In this document: positions 27,213-36,209 of the stretch, piece by piece
Position numbering within the stretch: the stretch's first letter is position 1
How the letters are laid out: every line of letters begins with the position of its first letter
DNA from: an uncultured Verrucomicrobiae bacterium
GTDB lineage: Bacteria > Verrucomicrobiota > Verrucomicrobiia > Limisphaerales > UBA1100
Reading direction: 5' to 3'
Assembly (NCBI GenBank): GCA_937775205.1
Contig: CALKBX010000005.1
Span: forward strand, 269,087-333,086
DNA: 64,000 bases
Made by a program: the position numbers and the translations under genes
The notes under the pieces: model-generated
Told to the model about the DNA's origin: nothing
The model's database searches: none
The model's input: only the letters and a program-made list of their open reading frames with translations

Positions 27213-28342
27213 TGGGCGCCTGCAACATTTGCGGGGAGAGCTTGGGCGCGCCGGGTTACGAATCCGCGCGGCCGGTTTCCATCACTTCCCTTTGCCAAGT
27301 GCTCGAGGGCTACACGCGCGTTTGGCATTGCGCGAGTTGTGGCCACACCCAAACCGCGCCGCTGCCCGCGCTGGAAAAATTTTATGCCGAGGATTATCAC
27401 ATCCTCACCGCCAGTGAGGAGGAAGATCAACTGTACGCCGTGCGCGAAGGCCAGAAAATTTTCCGCACCGAACATCAAGTTTCCACACTTTTGGCGAAAC
27501 TGGATTTACCGCCCAACGCCCAAGTGCTTGATTACGGCTGCGGCAAGGCCTCCACGCTCAAATCCCTTTGCGGCCGCCGTGATGATATTGCCCCGCACGT
27601 CTTCGATGTGGGCGAACAGTACCGTGACTTTTGGAATGCCTTTGTGACCGCTGAAAACCAAGCGGTGAACGAAGTGCCCGCCGAATGGGCCGGACGATTT
27701 GATGCAGTGATTTCATTTTTTGCGCTGGAACACGTGGCCGCGCCGCGCGAGTTTGTGGCGGAGGCGTATCGTTTGTTGCGTGAAGGTGGCACGTTTTATT
27801 TTCTCGTGCCCAATGTGTTTGCGAACACCGCTGACTTGGTGGTGGCCGACCACGTGAATCATTTTTCCGAAATCTCGCTGCAACGATTGCTGTCCGATGC
27901 CGGTTTTTCAGTGCGCGAAATTGACGGCACGGCGCACAACAGCGCGTGGGTGGTGGTCGCTGAAAAAAGTGATTCGGATGGAATGGCGCCGACCACAAAC
28001 TCGGTCGCCGATGCCATCAACGAGATGGCCGAATACTGGAATGAATTCGGCAACCGCGTCCGGGCGTTTGAAAATGCGAGCAACGGCGAAGCGGTGATTT
28101 ACGGCTCCGGATTTTACGGCACATTCATTCACGCCTGCCTTGCTCGGCCCGAAGTGGTGAACTGTTTTCTCGACCAAAATCCACATCGGCAAAGGCAGGC
28201 TTTGTTGGAGAAACCTATCCTCGCGCCCGAAAAACTGCCGGAAACGGCGCGTCGATTATATGTGGGATTGAATCCGCGCATTGCCCGTGAAGAATTGTCG
28301 GCGGTGGATTGGCAGCGGGAATTGGAGGTTTTTTTCCCGTGA
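27209..28342 (+). CDS. Class I SAM-dependent methyltransferase with N-terminal Cys4 zinc ribbon
   Basis: The start was trimmed to 27209. Supporting motifs are CNICGE...CASCGH, the SAM motif VLDYGCGKAS, and FDAVISFFALEHV...LREGGTFYFLVPN. Confidence 0.75.
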   Translation: MMGACNICGESLGAPGYESARPVSITSLCQVLEGYTRVWHCASCGHTQTAPLPALEKFYAEDYHILTASEEEDQLYAVREGQKIFRTEHQVSTLLAKLDLPPNAQVLDYGCGKASTLKSLCGRRDDIAPHVFDVGEQYRDFWNAFVTAENQAVNEVPAEWAGRFDAVISFFALEHVAAPREFVAEAYRLLREGGTFYFLVPNVFANTADLVVADHVNHFSEISLQRLLSDAGFSVREIDGTAHNSAWVVVAEKSDSDGMAPTTNSVADAINEMAEYWNEFGNRVRAFENASNGEAVIYGSGFYGTFIHACLARPEVVNCFLDQNPHRQRQALLEKPILAPEKLPETARRLYVGLNPRIAREELSAVDWQRELEVFFP

Positions 28343-28830
28343 AACTGATGCTTCGCGTGCCGGTGAAAACAGATTTCGCCGTGTTGTCCGCCCTGCGCAA
28401 TGACTCGGCGGTGCAACGGCAATTAATGATTGAGCCGCGGCAGTATTCGCCGGCGCAAGTGCGGGCGTGGATTCGGCGGCGCACGACGGATCCGAGCGGC
28501 GTGTTTTTGGTGATCGACTGCAGCGGCCCGTGCGGTTTTGTGCAGTTAACGCGGATTGACCGCGGTCGGGGCACGGCGGATTTGGGGATTTGTCTGGCGC
28601 GATCGATTCGAGGCAAGGGCGTTGCGGCAAAGGCGATGGGGCTTTTGGAATTGCACGCGAAGAAAAAGTTGCGTTGTAAAAAACTGACGTTGCGAGTGTT
28701 GCGCGTGAATCATCGGGCGATTGCGTTGTATCGCAAATTGAAATTTAAGATGTTGGAAATCAAGCGGCGGCATCACTTCGATGGCGCGCACTGGCGGGAC
28801 GTGGTTTTTATGGAGAAGGCGCTGCGATGA
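28339..28830 (+). CDS. GNAT-family N-acetyltransferase
   Basis: The GTG at 28339 overlaps the upstream stop; the ATG at 28348 is an alternative start. IRGKGVAAKAM...NHRAIALYRKLKFKM is GNAT motif A. Confidence 0.75.
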   Translation: MKLMLRVPVKTDFAVLSALRNDSAVQRQLMIEPRQYSPAQVRAWIRRRTTDPSGVFLVIDCSGPCGFVQLTRIDRGRGTADLGICLARSIRGKGVAAKAMGLLELHAKKKLRCKKLTLRVLRVNHRAIALYRKLKFKMLEIKRRHHFDGAHWRDVVFMEKALR

Positions 28831-29543
28831 AAACGGTGGTCATTTCCCAGCCGATGTATTTCCCGTGGGTGGGGTTACTGGAACAGATGCGGCACGCCGA
28901 TGTGTTTGTGCATTTGGACGACGCGCAGTTTTCGAAGGGCAGTTTTTTTAATCGCGTGAAAATAAAAACCGCCGAGGGCACGCCGTGGCTCACGGTGCCG
29001 TTGGCGGAAACCAAACTTGGGCAGTCGCTCAATGAAACGCAATTGGCCAAACACAATTGGCGGCGCAAACAGCTTGTGACGCTGCGGCAAGCGTACTCCG
29101 CCGCACCGCACGTTGAGGAAACGTTGGGCTTGGTGGAATCGGTTTTTGAAATTGAACACGAATCGCTGGGGGCGTTGAGCGCGGCGAGCGTGGAGGCGTT
29201 GGGGGGGTTTTTTGACATCGCACCGGCGGAGATGCAGTGGTCATCTGCAATGGCCATCGAGGGCACGGGCTCGGCGCGGGTATTGGCGATTTGCGAGGCG
29301 TTGGGCGCGGAGCGATATGTGACTGGCCACGGCGCGCGGGAGTATTTGGATCACGAATCCTTCGAGGCAGCGGGTGTTCGCGTGGAGTATTTGGATTATG
29401 AAAAACGCGAATATCCGCAGTTGCACGGGGCGTTTACGCCCTTTGTCAGCGCGTTAGATTTGGCGGCCAATTGCGGTCGCACCAACGCAATGCGGGAAGT
29501 GATTGCCTCGGGGACGGTTTACTGGAAGGATTTCGCGCGATGA
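28827..29543 (+). CDS. WbqC-family protein
   Basis: MKTVVISQPMYFPWVGLLEQMRHADVFVHLDDAQFSKGSFFNRVKIKT is the characteristic WbqC N-terminus. Confidence 0.8.
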   Translation: MKTVVISQPMYFPWVGLLEQMRHADVFVHLDDAQFSKGSFFNRVKIKTAEGTPWLTVPLAETKLGQSLNETQLAKHNWRRKQLVTLRQAYSAAPHVEETLGLVESVFEIEHESLGALSAASVEALGGFFDIAPAEMQWSSAMAIEGTGSARVLAICEALGAERYVTGHGAREYLDHESFEAAGVRVEYLDYEKREYPQLHGAFTPFVSALDLAANCGRTNAMREVIASGTVYWKDFAR

Positions 29544-30277
29544 GTGAGGTAGCTAAATTTTTTGTCGAGGTGGAGGACAACATCGACGGACTGCGGGCGG
29601 ATGCGTCCGTGAGGCGGGCGACGCTCGACTGGGTGACCGCCATTGCGCCGCATAATTACACATATAATTTCACGTGGCTGGGTCGGCCGGTCATTCAGTT
29701 TCCGCAGGACCTTGCCGCGTTGCAGGAAATTATTTGGGACACGCGGCCCGACCTCATCATTGAAACTGGCATCGCCCACGGCGGATCTCTGATTTTTCAC
29801 GCGTCGATGCTGCAACTGCTCAGCAACGATGGCCGCGTGCTCGGCATCGACATCGACATTCGCGAACACAACCGCGCCGAGATTGAAGCGCATCCAATGT
29901 TCGAACGCATCGACATGATTCAAGGCTCGTCGATTGACGACGCCATCGCCGCGCAAGTAGCCGCCATCGCCACCGAGGCGAAGCGCGTGATGGTGGTGCT
30001 CGATTCGAACCACACGCATGAGCACGTTTTGCGGGAACTGGAATTGTACGCGCCGCTCGTCACGAAGGGGTGCTATTTGGTCGTGTGCGACACACTTATT
30101 GAAGACATGCCGGAGGGCTCGTTTCCCAATCGCCCATGGGACAAGGGCGATAATCCGCGCACGGCGGTGGATGCTTTTTTGGAAACGACTGAACGCTTTG
30201 AGGTCGACACCGCCCTCGATGCGAAGCTGCAAATCAGTGTGGCGCCGGGCGGTTATTTGAAATGCGTTGCCGACTAA
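29540..30277 (+). CDS. CmcI/cephalosporin-hydroxylase-family methyltransferase
   Basis: The start was trimmed to 29540. Motifs are IIETGIAHGGSLIFHA...VLGIDIDIR...VMVVLDSNHTHEHVLRELELYAPLVTKGCYLVVCDT. Confidence 0.75.
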   Translation: MSEVAKFFVEVEDNIDGLRADASVRRATLDWVTAIAPHNYTYNFTWLGRPVIQFPQDLAALQEIIWDTRPDLIIETGIAHGGSLIFHASMLQLLSNDGRVLGIDIDIREHNRAEIEAHPMFERIDMIQGSSIDDAIAAQVAAIATEAKRVMVVLDSNHTHEHVLRELELYAPLVTKGCYLVVCDTLIEDMPEGSFPNRPWDKGDNPRTAVDAFLETTERFEVDTALDAKLQISVAPGGYLKCVAD

Positions 30278-31407
30278 TGAGCGACCGCATCCCCATCGCC
30301 GGCCCGAGCATCACACAGCGAGAAATCGACTGCGCCACCGACGCGGCGGCGAATGGGTGGTACGAGCGCGCGGGCGAATACCCGCGCCGCTTCGAGAAGT
30401 CGTTTGCCGAGTACATCGGAGTGAAGCATGCGGTGAGTTTGCCTTCGTGTACTTCGGGGCTGCACCTCGCGCTGGCGGGGCTGAGCATTGGGCCGGGCGA
30501 TGAGGTGATTGTGCCGGACCTCACGTGGATTGCCAGCGCCGCGCCCATCACGTATGTCGGCGCCACGGTAGTGTTTGCGGACATCGACGAATGCACGTGG
30601 TGCCTCGACGCTGAGAGCGTCCGCGCGTGTATTACCGAAAACACAAAGGCGATTTTGCCGGTGGATTTATATGGTGGCGTGCCGGATTACACCGCGCTGC
30701 GGGCTATTGCGGATGAGCATGGCTTGAAAATTATTGAGGATGCCGCCGAGGCCATTGGCAGCGAATTTGATGGACGCAAAGCGGGGTCGCTCGGTGACGT
30801 GGCGACGTTTAGTTTTCACGGATCCAAAACCTTCACCACCGGCGAGGGCGGAATGCTCGTGACGGATGACGACGAACTGCACGCGCGCGTGATGCAGTTG
30901 CGCGATCACGGCCGCGAGCCAGGCGACATCCAATTCAAAAATACGGAAGTCGCTTTCAAATACAAAATGCCGCCCGTGGCCGCAGCGATTGGCTTGGCGC
31001 AAGTAGAGCGCGCGGAGGAATTGGTGGCCCGCAAGCGGGAAACTTTCGAATGGTATCGCGAAGCATTGGCGGATGTGGAAGGCATCACGTTGAATCACGA
31101 ACCGGCCAACACGAAGAACACATTTTGGATGGTCACCGCCGTGCTCGATCCGATGCTGGAGTGGCCGAAGGAAAAACTGATGGTGGCGTTCGACGCCGAA
31201 GGCATTGACAGTCGGCCGATGTTTCATCCGATCAGCAGTTTGCCGGCGTACGATGGCCAAGCGGAAGCGGCGGTGGCGCGCAAGCGAAATGCAGTGAGCT
31301 ATCGCCTCAGCCCGTGGGGCATCAACTTGCCGTCGGCGATGAACCTCACTTACGAACAAGTCCAGCGCGTGGCAGAAACTTTGCGCCGCATCCTCGGCTT
31401 GTCATGA
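30277..31407 (+). CDS. DegT/DnrJ/EryC1/StrS-family sugar aminotransferase
   Basis: The start was trimmed to 30277. IPIAGPSITQREI..., DLYGGVPD and FSFHGSKTFTTGEGGMLVT (PLP lysine) are present. Confidence 0.85.
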   Translation: MSDRIPIAGPSITQREIDCATDAAANGWYERAGEYPRRFEKSFAEYIGVKHAVSLPSCTSGLHLALAGLSIGPGDEVIVPDLTWIASAAPITYVGATVVFADIDECTWCLDAESVRACITENTKAILPVDLYGGVPDYTALRAIADEHGLKIIEDAAEAIGSEFDGRKAGSLGDVATFSFHGSKTFTTGEGGMLVTDDDELHARVMQLRDHGREPGDIQFKNTEVAFKYKMPPVAAAIGLAQVERAEELVARKRETFEWYREALADVEGITLNHEPANTKNTFWMVTAVLDPMLEWPKEKLMVAFDAEGIDSRPMFHPISSLPAYDGQAEAAVARKRNAVSYRLSPWGINLPSAMNLTYEQVQRVAETLRRILGLS

Positions 31408-32363
31408 GTGAGTTGGTCACAGTCATTCCCGTTTACAACGGCGAACGCTTTCTCGAGGCTACCCTCGAATCGGTGGCCAGCCAAACGCGGCGGCCCGATC
31501 GCGTTATCATTCAAGACAACTGCTCCACCGACGGCACGCATCGCATTGCCAAGGCGTTTGAAAAAGAAGGCTTCGAGTGGCGACTCACCGGGGAGCACGT
31601 TAGCTCGACGGAAAATTTTAATGACGCGTTGCGCTATGCGGAGGAGGCGGATGTGCTGCATTTGCTCACGGCGGATGACTTGATCAAGCCGGAGTTTTAT
31701 GAGCGCATGCTTGAGCCGTTGGAAGCGGTGAAAGGGCGCGCGCTGGTTTATGCGGCGTACGAAGTCATCGACGGAGACGGCGCGTTGGTGGACGGCGGGG
31801 ATTTGATGTGCCCGTTTCCCATCGTGCCGGGTGGTGCGCCCCTCGATATTCCGCAAAAAGAATTCATCGCCGCGCAGGCGGATCTGCGGACGATTTGTTT
31901 GCCGGCGGTTTTGATGAAGACCAACCGCGCGCCGTTGCCGGTGGCGTTTTACACGCACTTCATCCAATGCGCGGACGCGGTGTTTTACGCGGAACTGGCC
32001 GCCGCGTGTGAGGCGGTCATCGAGGTGCCCTCGGCCCTTTGCGAATATCGGCGGCACGAGCACAGCGCCACCTCCTGCAACCGGCGCGAGCCCGGCGCGG
32101 TGATTGCCGATGAATGGCAGGCGATGGTGGCGGCCTCGGCGTTGTTGGAAAAATCCGGCTTCGGCGCGTGGCTGTGGGGTTTCCGGCAGCGTTGTCTGCT
32201 GGCTGCGCGCAGTCGGGTAAAAATTCAACAATCGGCGGATGAGACGCCGCATTACCGGCAGGAAATCGAACAGGCCACCCGCACCCTCACCGGTCCGTGG
32301 GCGGGGATGCTGGGCAACTTGGCCGTTGCGTTGCGGGGCATTTCGGGGCAAGGTCGCCGCTGA
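31404..32363 (+). CDS. Glycosyltransferase family 2
   Basis: The start was trimmed to 31404 (ATGA overlap). VTVIPVYNGERFLEATLESVASQT...IIQDNCSTDGT. Confidence 0.8.
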   Translation: MSELVTVIPVYNGERFLEATLESVASQTRRPDRVIIQDNCSTDGTHRIAKAFEKEGFEWRLTGEHVSSTENFNDALRYAEEADVLHLLTADDLIKPEFYERMLEPLEAVKGRALVYAAYEVIDGDGALVDGGDLMCPFPIVPGGAPLDIPQKEFIAAQADLRTICLPAVLMKTNRAPLPVAFYTHFIQCADAVFYAELAAACEAVIEVPSALCEYRRHEHSATSCNRREPGAVIADEWQAMVAASALLEKSGFGAWLWGFRQRCLLAARSRVKIQQSADETPHYRQEIEQATRTLTGPWAGMLGNLAVALRGISGQGRR

Positions 32364-32370
32364 GGTTTTG

Positions 32371-35300
32371 ATGTCCGAATCTTCAGGCGAACCCCGTTCC
32401 CCCAAGTGGCTTGACGCGCTGATTGTGCTCGCGTGTTTGGCACTGGTGCTGGGCTTTCTCTTTCGTGGCAGCCTTGAGCGCGGTCAGGTAATTTTCGCCA
32501 ATGATTCCCCGCTGGCGGGAATTCAGTCCCACGCCTTCGATGAAAAATCCGGATGGAGTTTTTGGCAGGATCAAAACTGGCTCGGCGGCGAGGTGCCCTC
32601 GGCGATGCCCAACTTCACCAAAGCTTACTTCGATGTGTGCCTCGCGCTGGGCGGCGACAGCGGCCCTGTGCTTTTTACCAAAACCTACGCCCCGATGGCC
32701 CTCCTGCTCCTTGGCTTGAGCGGCTGGTTGCTTTTCCGTTCGCTGCGATTTTCGCAACCGGTTTGCGTGCTCGGCGCGCTGGCGTTGGCGCTCAATGGCG
32801 ATCTGCTCACGCACGCTACTTGGGGATTACCCAGCGTGGCACTCGGCGCGGCGGGCGCGTGTTTGTGTTTGGCGGCGGTGTTCCATGGGCTCCGGCAAAC
32901 CGGATGGCGCGCTTGGGCGTGGACGGTACTGGGCGGCTTGGCGCTCGGGCAGGGCGTGATGGAAAGCTTTGATGTCGGCGGTATCTTCAGCTTATGCGTG
33001 GCGGCGGTGGTGTTCGTGGCGGTGCTGAATCGTGACGGTCAAAAATCCAAAAGCCTTATTCCCAACAGCTTGCTGGGTTTTGCCAAAGTCGGCGTTATCG
33101 CGTTGGCGGCCGCATTGATGGCGGGGCACACGCTGGTGAATCTTTTTCAAACCGCTGGCGGAACGGCTGCGGCCATGAAGGCGTCGCCTCTGAAACGGTT
33201 GGATGACGCCGTGCAACAAGCCCGCGAGCAGATTCAATCCTCGACCGACCTTGATCCCTTCCAGAAACAACAACTCTTGGCTGAGGTGGGAAAACAACGG
33301 CTGGCCCAATTCGATCAAATCCGGCAGCAACAATTTGATGCCGCCACTCAATGGAGCGTGCCGCCGGGCGAAACGCTGCGGCTGGCCATTCCGGGCTTGT
33401 ATGGGTATCGCGAAAGCCCGCACGGCTGGCTCAACCTGCCCGTGTCCGATGCCCACCGTTATTGGGGCGCGGTGGGGCAGGAGCCGGCCTACACCCGCGC
33501 CTTGGCGGAAAATCCGCGCAGTCATTTGAATGCTTTGGAATCCTATGCAAAAGTAGCCGGCCCTCAGCGCGCGCCGTTCAGGCGGCATGCGTATCCCGGC
33601 TTGTACGCGGGGCTGCTGGTGCTGTTGGTCGTGGTGTGGGCTTTGCTGCAAAGCCTCCGCAAGCAAGGTGTGTACAGCCCCGCCGAGCGGCGGTTGGTTT
33701 GGCTTTGGGCGGCCGGCGCGCTGGGATGCTTGCTGTTGGCTTGGGGGCATCACGTGCCGTTTTATCAACTGATTTATCAACTCCCATTTTTTGATACCAT
33801 CCGCAATCCCATCAAATTCATGCACCCCATGAACGTGGCGTTGGCAGTGCTGTTTGCTTATGGGCTGGAAGGCATGGCGCGGGTATATCTTTCGAATGCG
33901 CCCTCGAGGATTTCATTACCAAAGCGGCTGGCCGCGCTGCGCGGTTGGAACCGCACTTGGGGCGTGGGCCTGTTGGGGTTTCTGGGAATCGCGTTATTGG
34001 CGTGGATAATTTACGCCGTATCGTTGCCGGATCTTCGGATGCATCTCATCGACTCGCTTGGGTTTGAAGAGGGCGCGGCCAAGGAAATGGCGCGCCACAG
34101 TATCACCGCCGGCGGGGTGGCTTTGTTGGTCATGTTGTTGGCCGTGGGCTGGATGGCGCTGATGATGGCCGGCGTGCGCGCGGCCTGGGTTTGGATGGCG
34201 TGTGGAGTGCTCTTGTGCGCGGATCTCGGGCGGGGGAGTGCGCCGTTTATCGCGTATTTCAATCACCACACTCAGTACGCTTCCAACGACATCGTGCGCA
34301 TCATCAGCCAGCGGCCGTACGAACAGCGCGTCCAGTTTGCGCAGGGCGTGATGGTATCCGAACTGCGCACACTGACGCAGCAGCAACAGCGATTGATTCT
34401 GGAGCATCAAGGCACGGCGGATCCCATCAAAAAAAATCAACTCGAAGTCGCCATCGCAGATTTGAGCGCGCAGTCGCAGCACCTGCAGTTATTTTTTCGG
34501 GTTTATCAAACCGACTGGAAACAGGGCCTGTTCCCTTGGCATCGGGTGCACACCATTGACCTCATTCAAGAACCGCGCGTGGCACCGGAGAATGCCGCCT
34601 TCCGCGCGGCGGTGGGCGCGAATCCCCGGCGCTCGATGGAGCTCACCAGCACGCGCTGGTTGTTGGGCGGGCGAGTGAGCATCATTCCCGAATTGCCCGC
34701 GATGTTTAACACGCACACCAATGCGTTTCGTTTGCGCGAAGCGTTTAATCTGGTGGCGCGCCCGGGCATCACCAATGGCATTCCGAACTATACCGCCAAA
34801 GCCACTCCGCGTGGACTGCTCGCGTTGGTGGAGTTTGAGGGTGCGTTGCCGCGGGCGGGCCTGTACTCGCATTGGCGGAGCGGGGTGGCGGATGAAACGG
34901 CGCTGGCGTTATTGCCGGATCCGGAATGGGATCCGCATCGGGAGGTGTTGGTGACAGAGGGTTTGCCTGCGCCGGACAGCACGGATGCGAACGCCACGGT
35001 CATCCCAGCGCGGTATGAATTTTATGATCCCAAGCGGGTGGTGATTTCGACTGATGCGGAAACCTCCACGGTGTTGATGCTCAACGACAAGCATCATCCG
35101 GCGTGGCAAGTGACGGTGGATGGCAAGCCGGCGAAATTATTGCGGGCGAATTATTTGATGCGCGGCGTGTATTTGTCGGCGGGGAAACACACGGTAGAAT
35201 TTAGATTTGCTCCGCCCGCGGGGAGCATTCGCATCAGCCTTGCGGGGCTGGGATTGGCGGGCGTGCTGGGGGCGTTATTGATTTTTATGCCGAGTCGTCG

Positions 35301-35478
35301 GCGCGAAGAGGAAGAGGAGGAGGATGGCGATGGTCCAGAGGAAGTGGATTTGGAAATCATAATCCCGTCGGATGATCCAGAAACTCCCACGGCAGACGAA
35401 ACTGCTTCGACAGATGAGCCGCCAGCGCCTTCACACCGAAAGTCTCGGTCGCGTAGTGGCCGCCGTAGAAAACGTTGA
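32371..35478 (+). CDS. Very large polytopic membrane protein, possibly YfhO/ArnT-like glycan-processing enzyme; charged C-terminal tail
   Basis: The start was trimmed to the ATG at 32371. It has at least 12 hydrophobic segments with a large soluble region between them, and ends RREEEEEEDGDGPEE...RKSRSRSGRRRKR. The functional guess rests only on its position at the end of the glycan cluster and on topology. Confidence 0.5.
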   Translation: MSESSGEPRSPKWLDALIVLACLALVLGFLFRGSLERGQVIFANDSPLAGIQSHAFDEKSGWSFWQDQNWLGGEVPSAMPNFTKAYFDVCLALGGDSGPVLFTKTYAPMALLLLGLSGWLLFRSLRFSQPVCVLGALALALNGDLLTHATWGLPSVALGAAGACLCLAAVFHGLRQTGWRAWAWTVLGGLALGQGVMESFDVGGIFSLCVAAVVFVAVLNRDGQKSKSLIPNSLLGFAKVGVIALAAALMAGHTLVNLFQTAGGTAAAMKASPLKRLDDAVQQAREQIQSSTDLDPFQKQQLLAEVGKQRLAQFDQIRQQQFDAATQWSVPPGETLRLAIPGLYGYRESPHGWLNLPVSDAHRYWGAVGQEPAYTRALAENPRSHLNALESYAKVAGPQRAPFRRHAYPGLYAGLLVLLVVVWALLQSLRKQGVYSPAERRLVWLWAAGALGCLLLAWGHHVPFYQLIYQLPFFDTIRNPIKFMHPMNVALAVLFAYGLEGMARVYLSNAPSRISLPKRLAALRGWNRTWGVGLLGFLGIALLAWIIYAVSLPDLRMHLIDSLGFEEGAAKEMARHSITAGGVALLVMLLAVGWMALMMAGVRAAWVWMACGVLLCADLGRGSAPFIAYFNHHTQYASNDIVRIISQRPYEQRVQFAQGVMVSELRTLTQQQQRLILEHQGTADPIKKNQLEVAIADLSAQSQHLQLFFRVYQTDWKQGLFPWHRVHTIDLIQEPRVAPENAAFRAAVGANPRRSMELTSTRWLLGGRVSIIPELPAMFNTHTNAFRLREAFNLVARPGITNGIPNYTAKATPRGLLALVEFEGALPRAGLYSHWRSGVADETALALLPDPEWDPHREVLVTEGLPAPDSTDANATVIPARYEFYDPKRVVISTDAETSTVLMLNDKHHPAWQVTVDGKPAKLLRANYLMRGVYLSAGKHTVEFRFAPPAGSIRISLAGLGLAGVLGALLIFMPSRRREEEEEEDGDGPEEVDLEIIIPSDDPETPTADETASTDEPPAPSHRKSRSRSGRRRKR

Positions 35479-36130
35479 TCCCCAATTCCTCGGCCAGCGC
35501 CCCGGTCCAGTGCGGGCCTTCGCCGGTGATAAACGTATCCACCCCTTCCGCCGCCGCGCGCGCGATGCTGCCGCCGGCGCCACCGGTTACGATGCCGATC
35601 TTTTTGCAAACACTCGGACCACCACGCAACAGTGTAGGTGCCGCGCCGAGGATGGTTTTTAATCGGCTGGTTAAAATATCACGGCACAAGCGCGTGCTTA
35701 CGCGCAGTCCGATGGGCGCGCCGTGTTCCACGAAAAATGGTTTGGGCTTCGTGAACTTTAGTGCTTTGCAAAGGCCGGCGTTATTGCCAAGGCGCGGATG
35801 GGCGTCCAGCGGCAAGTGGGCGCTGTACACGGCGAGATTGTTTTCGACCAACTCGCCGATGAGCGCGCGCTTGGGGCCGGTCCACGGCAGTTGCGGGCTC
35901 CAAAAGAGGCCGTGATGCACGACTAACAAATCCGCCTTCGCTTCGGCGGCAAGTCGCACGGTGGCGAGCGAGGCGTCCACGGCGGCGGCAATGCGGGTGA
36001 CTTGCCCGTTGTTTTCCACCTGCAAACCGTTGTGCGCGCCATCGTAATCGCCGATGGCGTCGAGCCGCAGAGTCTTGTCGCAGTGGGCCACGATGGTTTT
36101 GAGGTTTGCTTTCTTCTGAACGGATGGCAT
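35357..36130 (-). CDS. Nif3-family dinuclear-metal-centre protein (GTP cyclohydrolase 1 type 2 homologue)
   Basis: DNGLQVENNGQVTRIAAAVDASL...ADLLVVHHGLFW...ITGEGPHW...GGHYATETFG. Confidence 0.85.
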   Translation of the reverse strand: MPSVQKKANLKTIVAHCDKTLRLDAIGDYDGAHNGLQVENNGQVTRIAAAVDASLATVRLAAEAKADLLVVHHGLFWSPQLPWTGPKRALIGELVENNLAVYSAHLPLDAHPRLGNNAGLCKALKFTKPKPFFVEHGAPIGLRVSTRLCRDILTSRLKTILGAAPTLLRGGPSVCKKIGIVTGGAGGSIARAAAEGVDTFITGEGPHWTGALAEELGINVFYGGHYATETFGVKALAAHLSKQFRLPWEFLDHPTGL

Positions 36131-36209
36131 CCGGCATAAAAAGCCCTCGCGGAAAATTTTGCAATGCCCGTATTGAAAAACTATTTTCTGTCCCTATGAT
36201 GCCCCGCCG

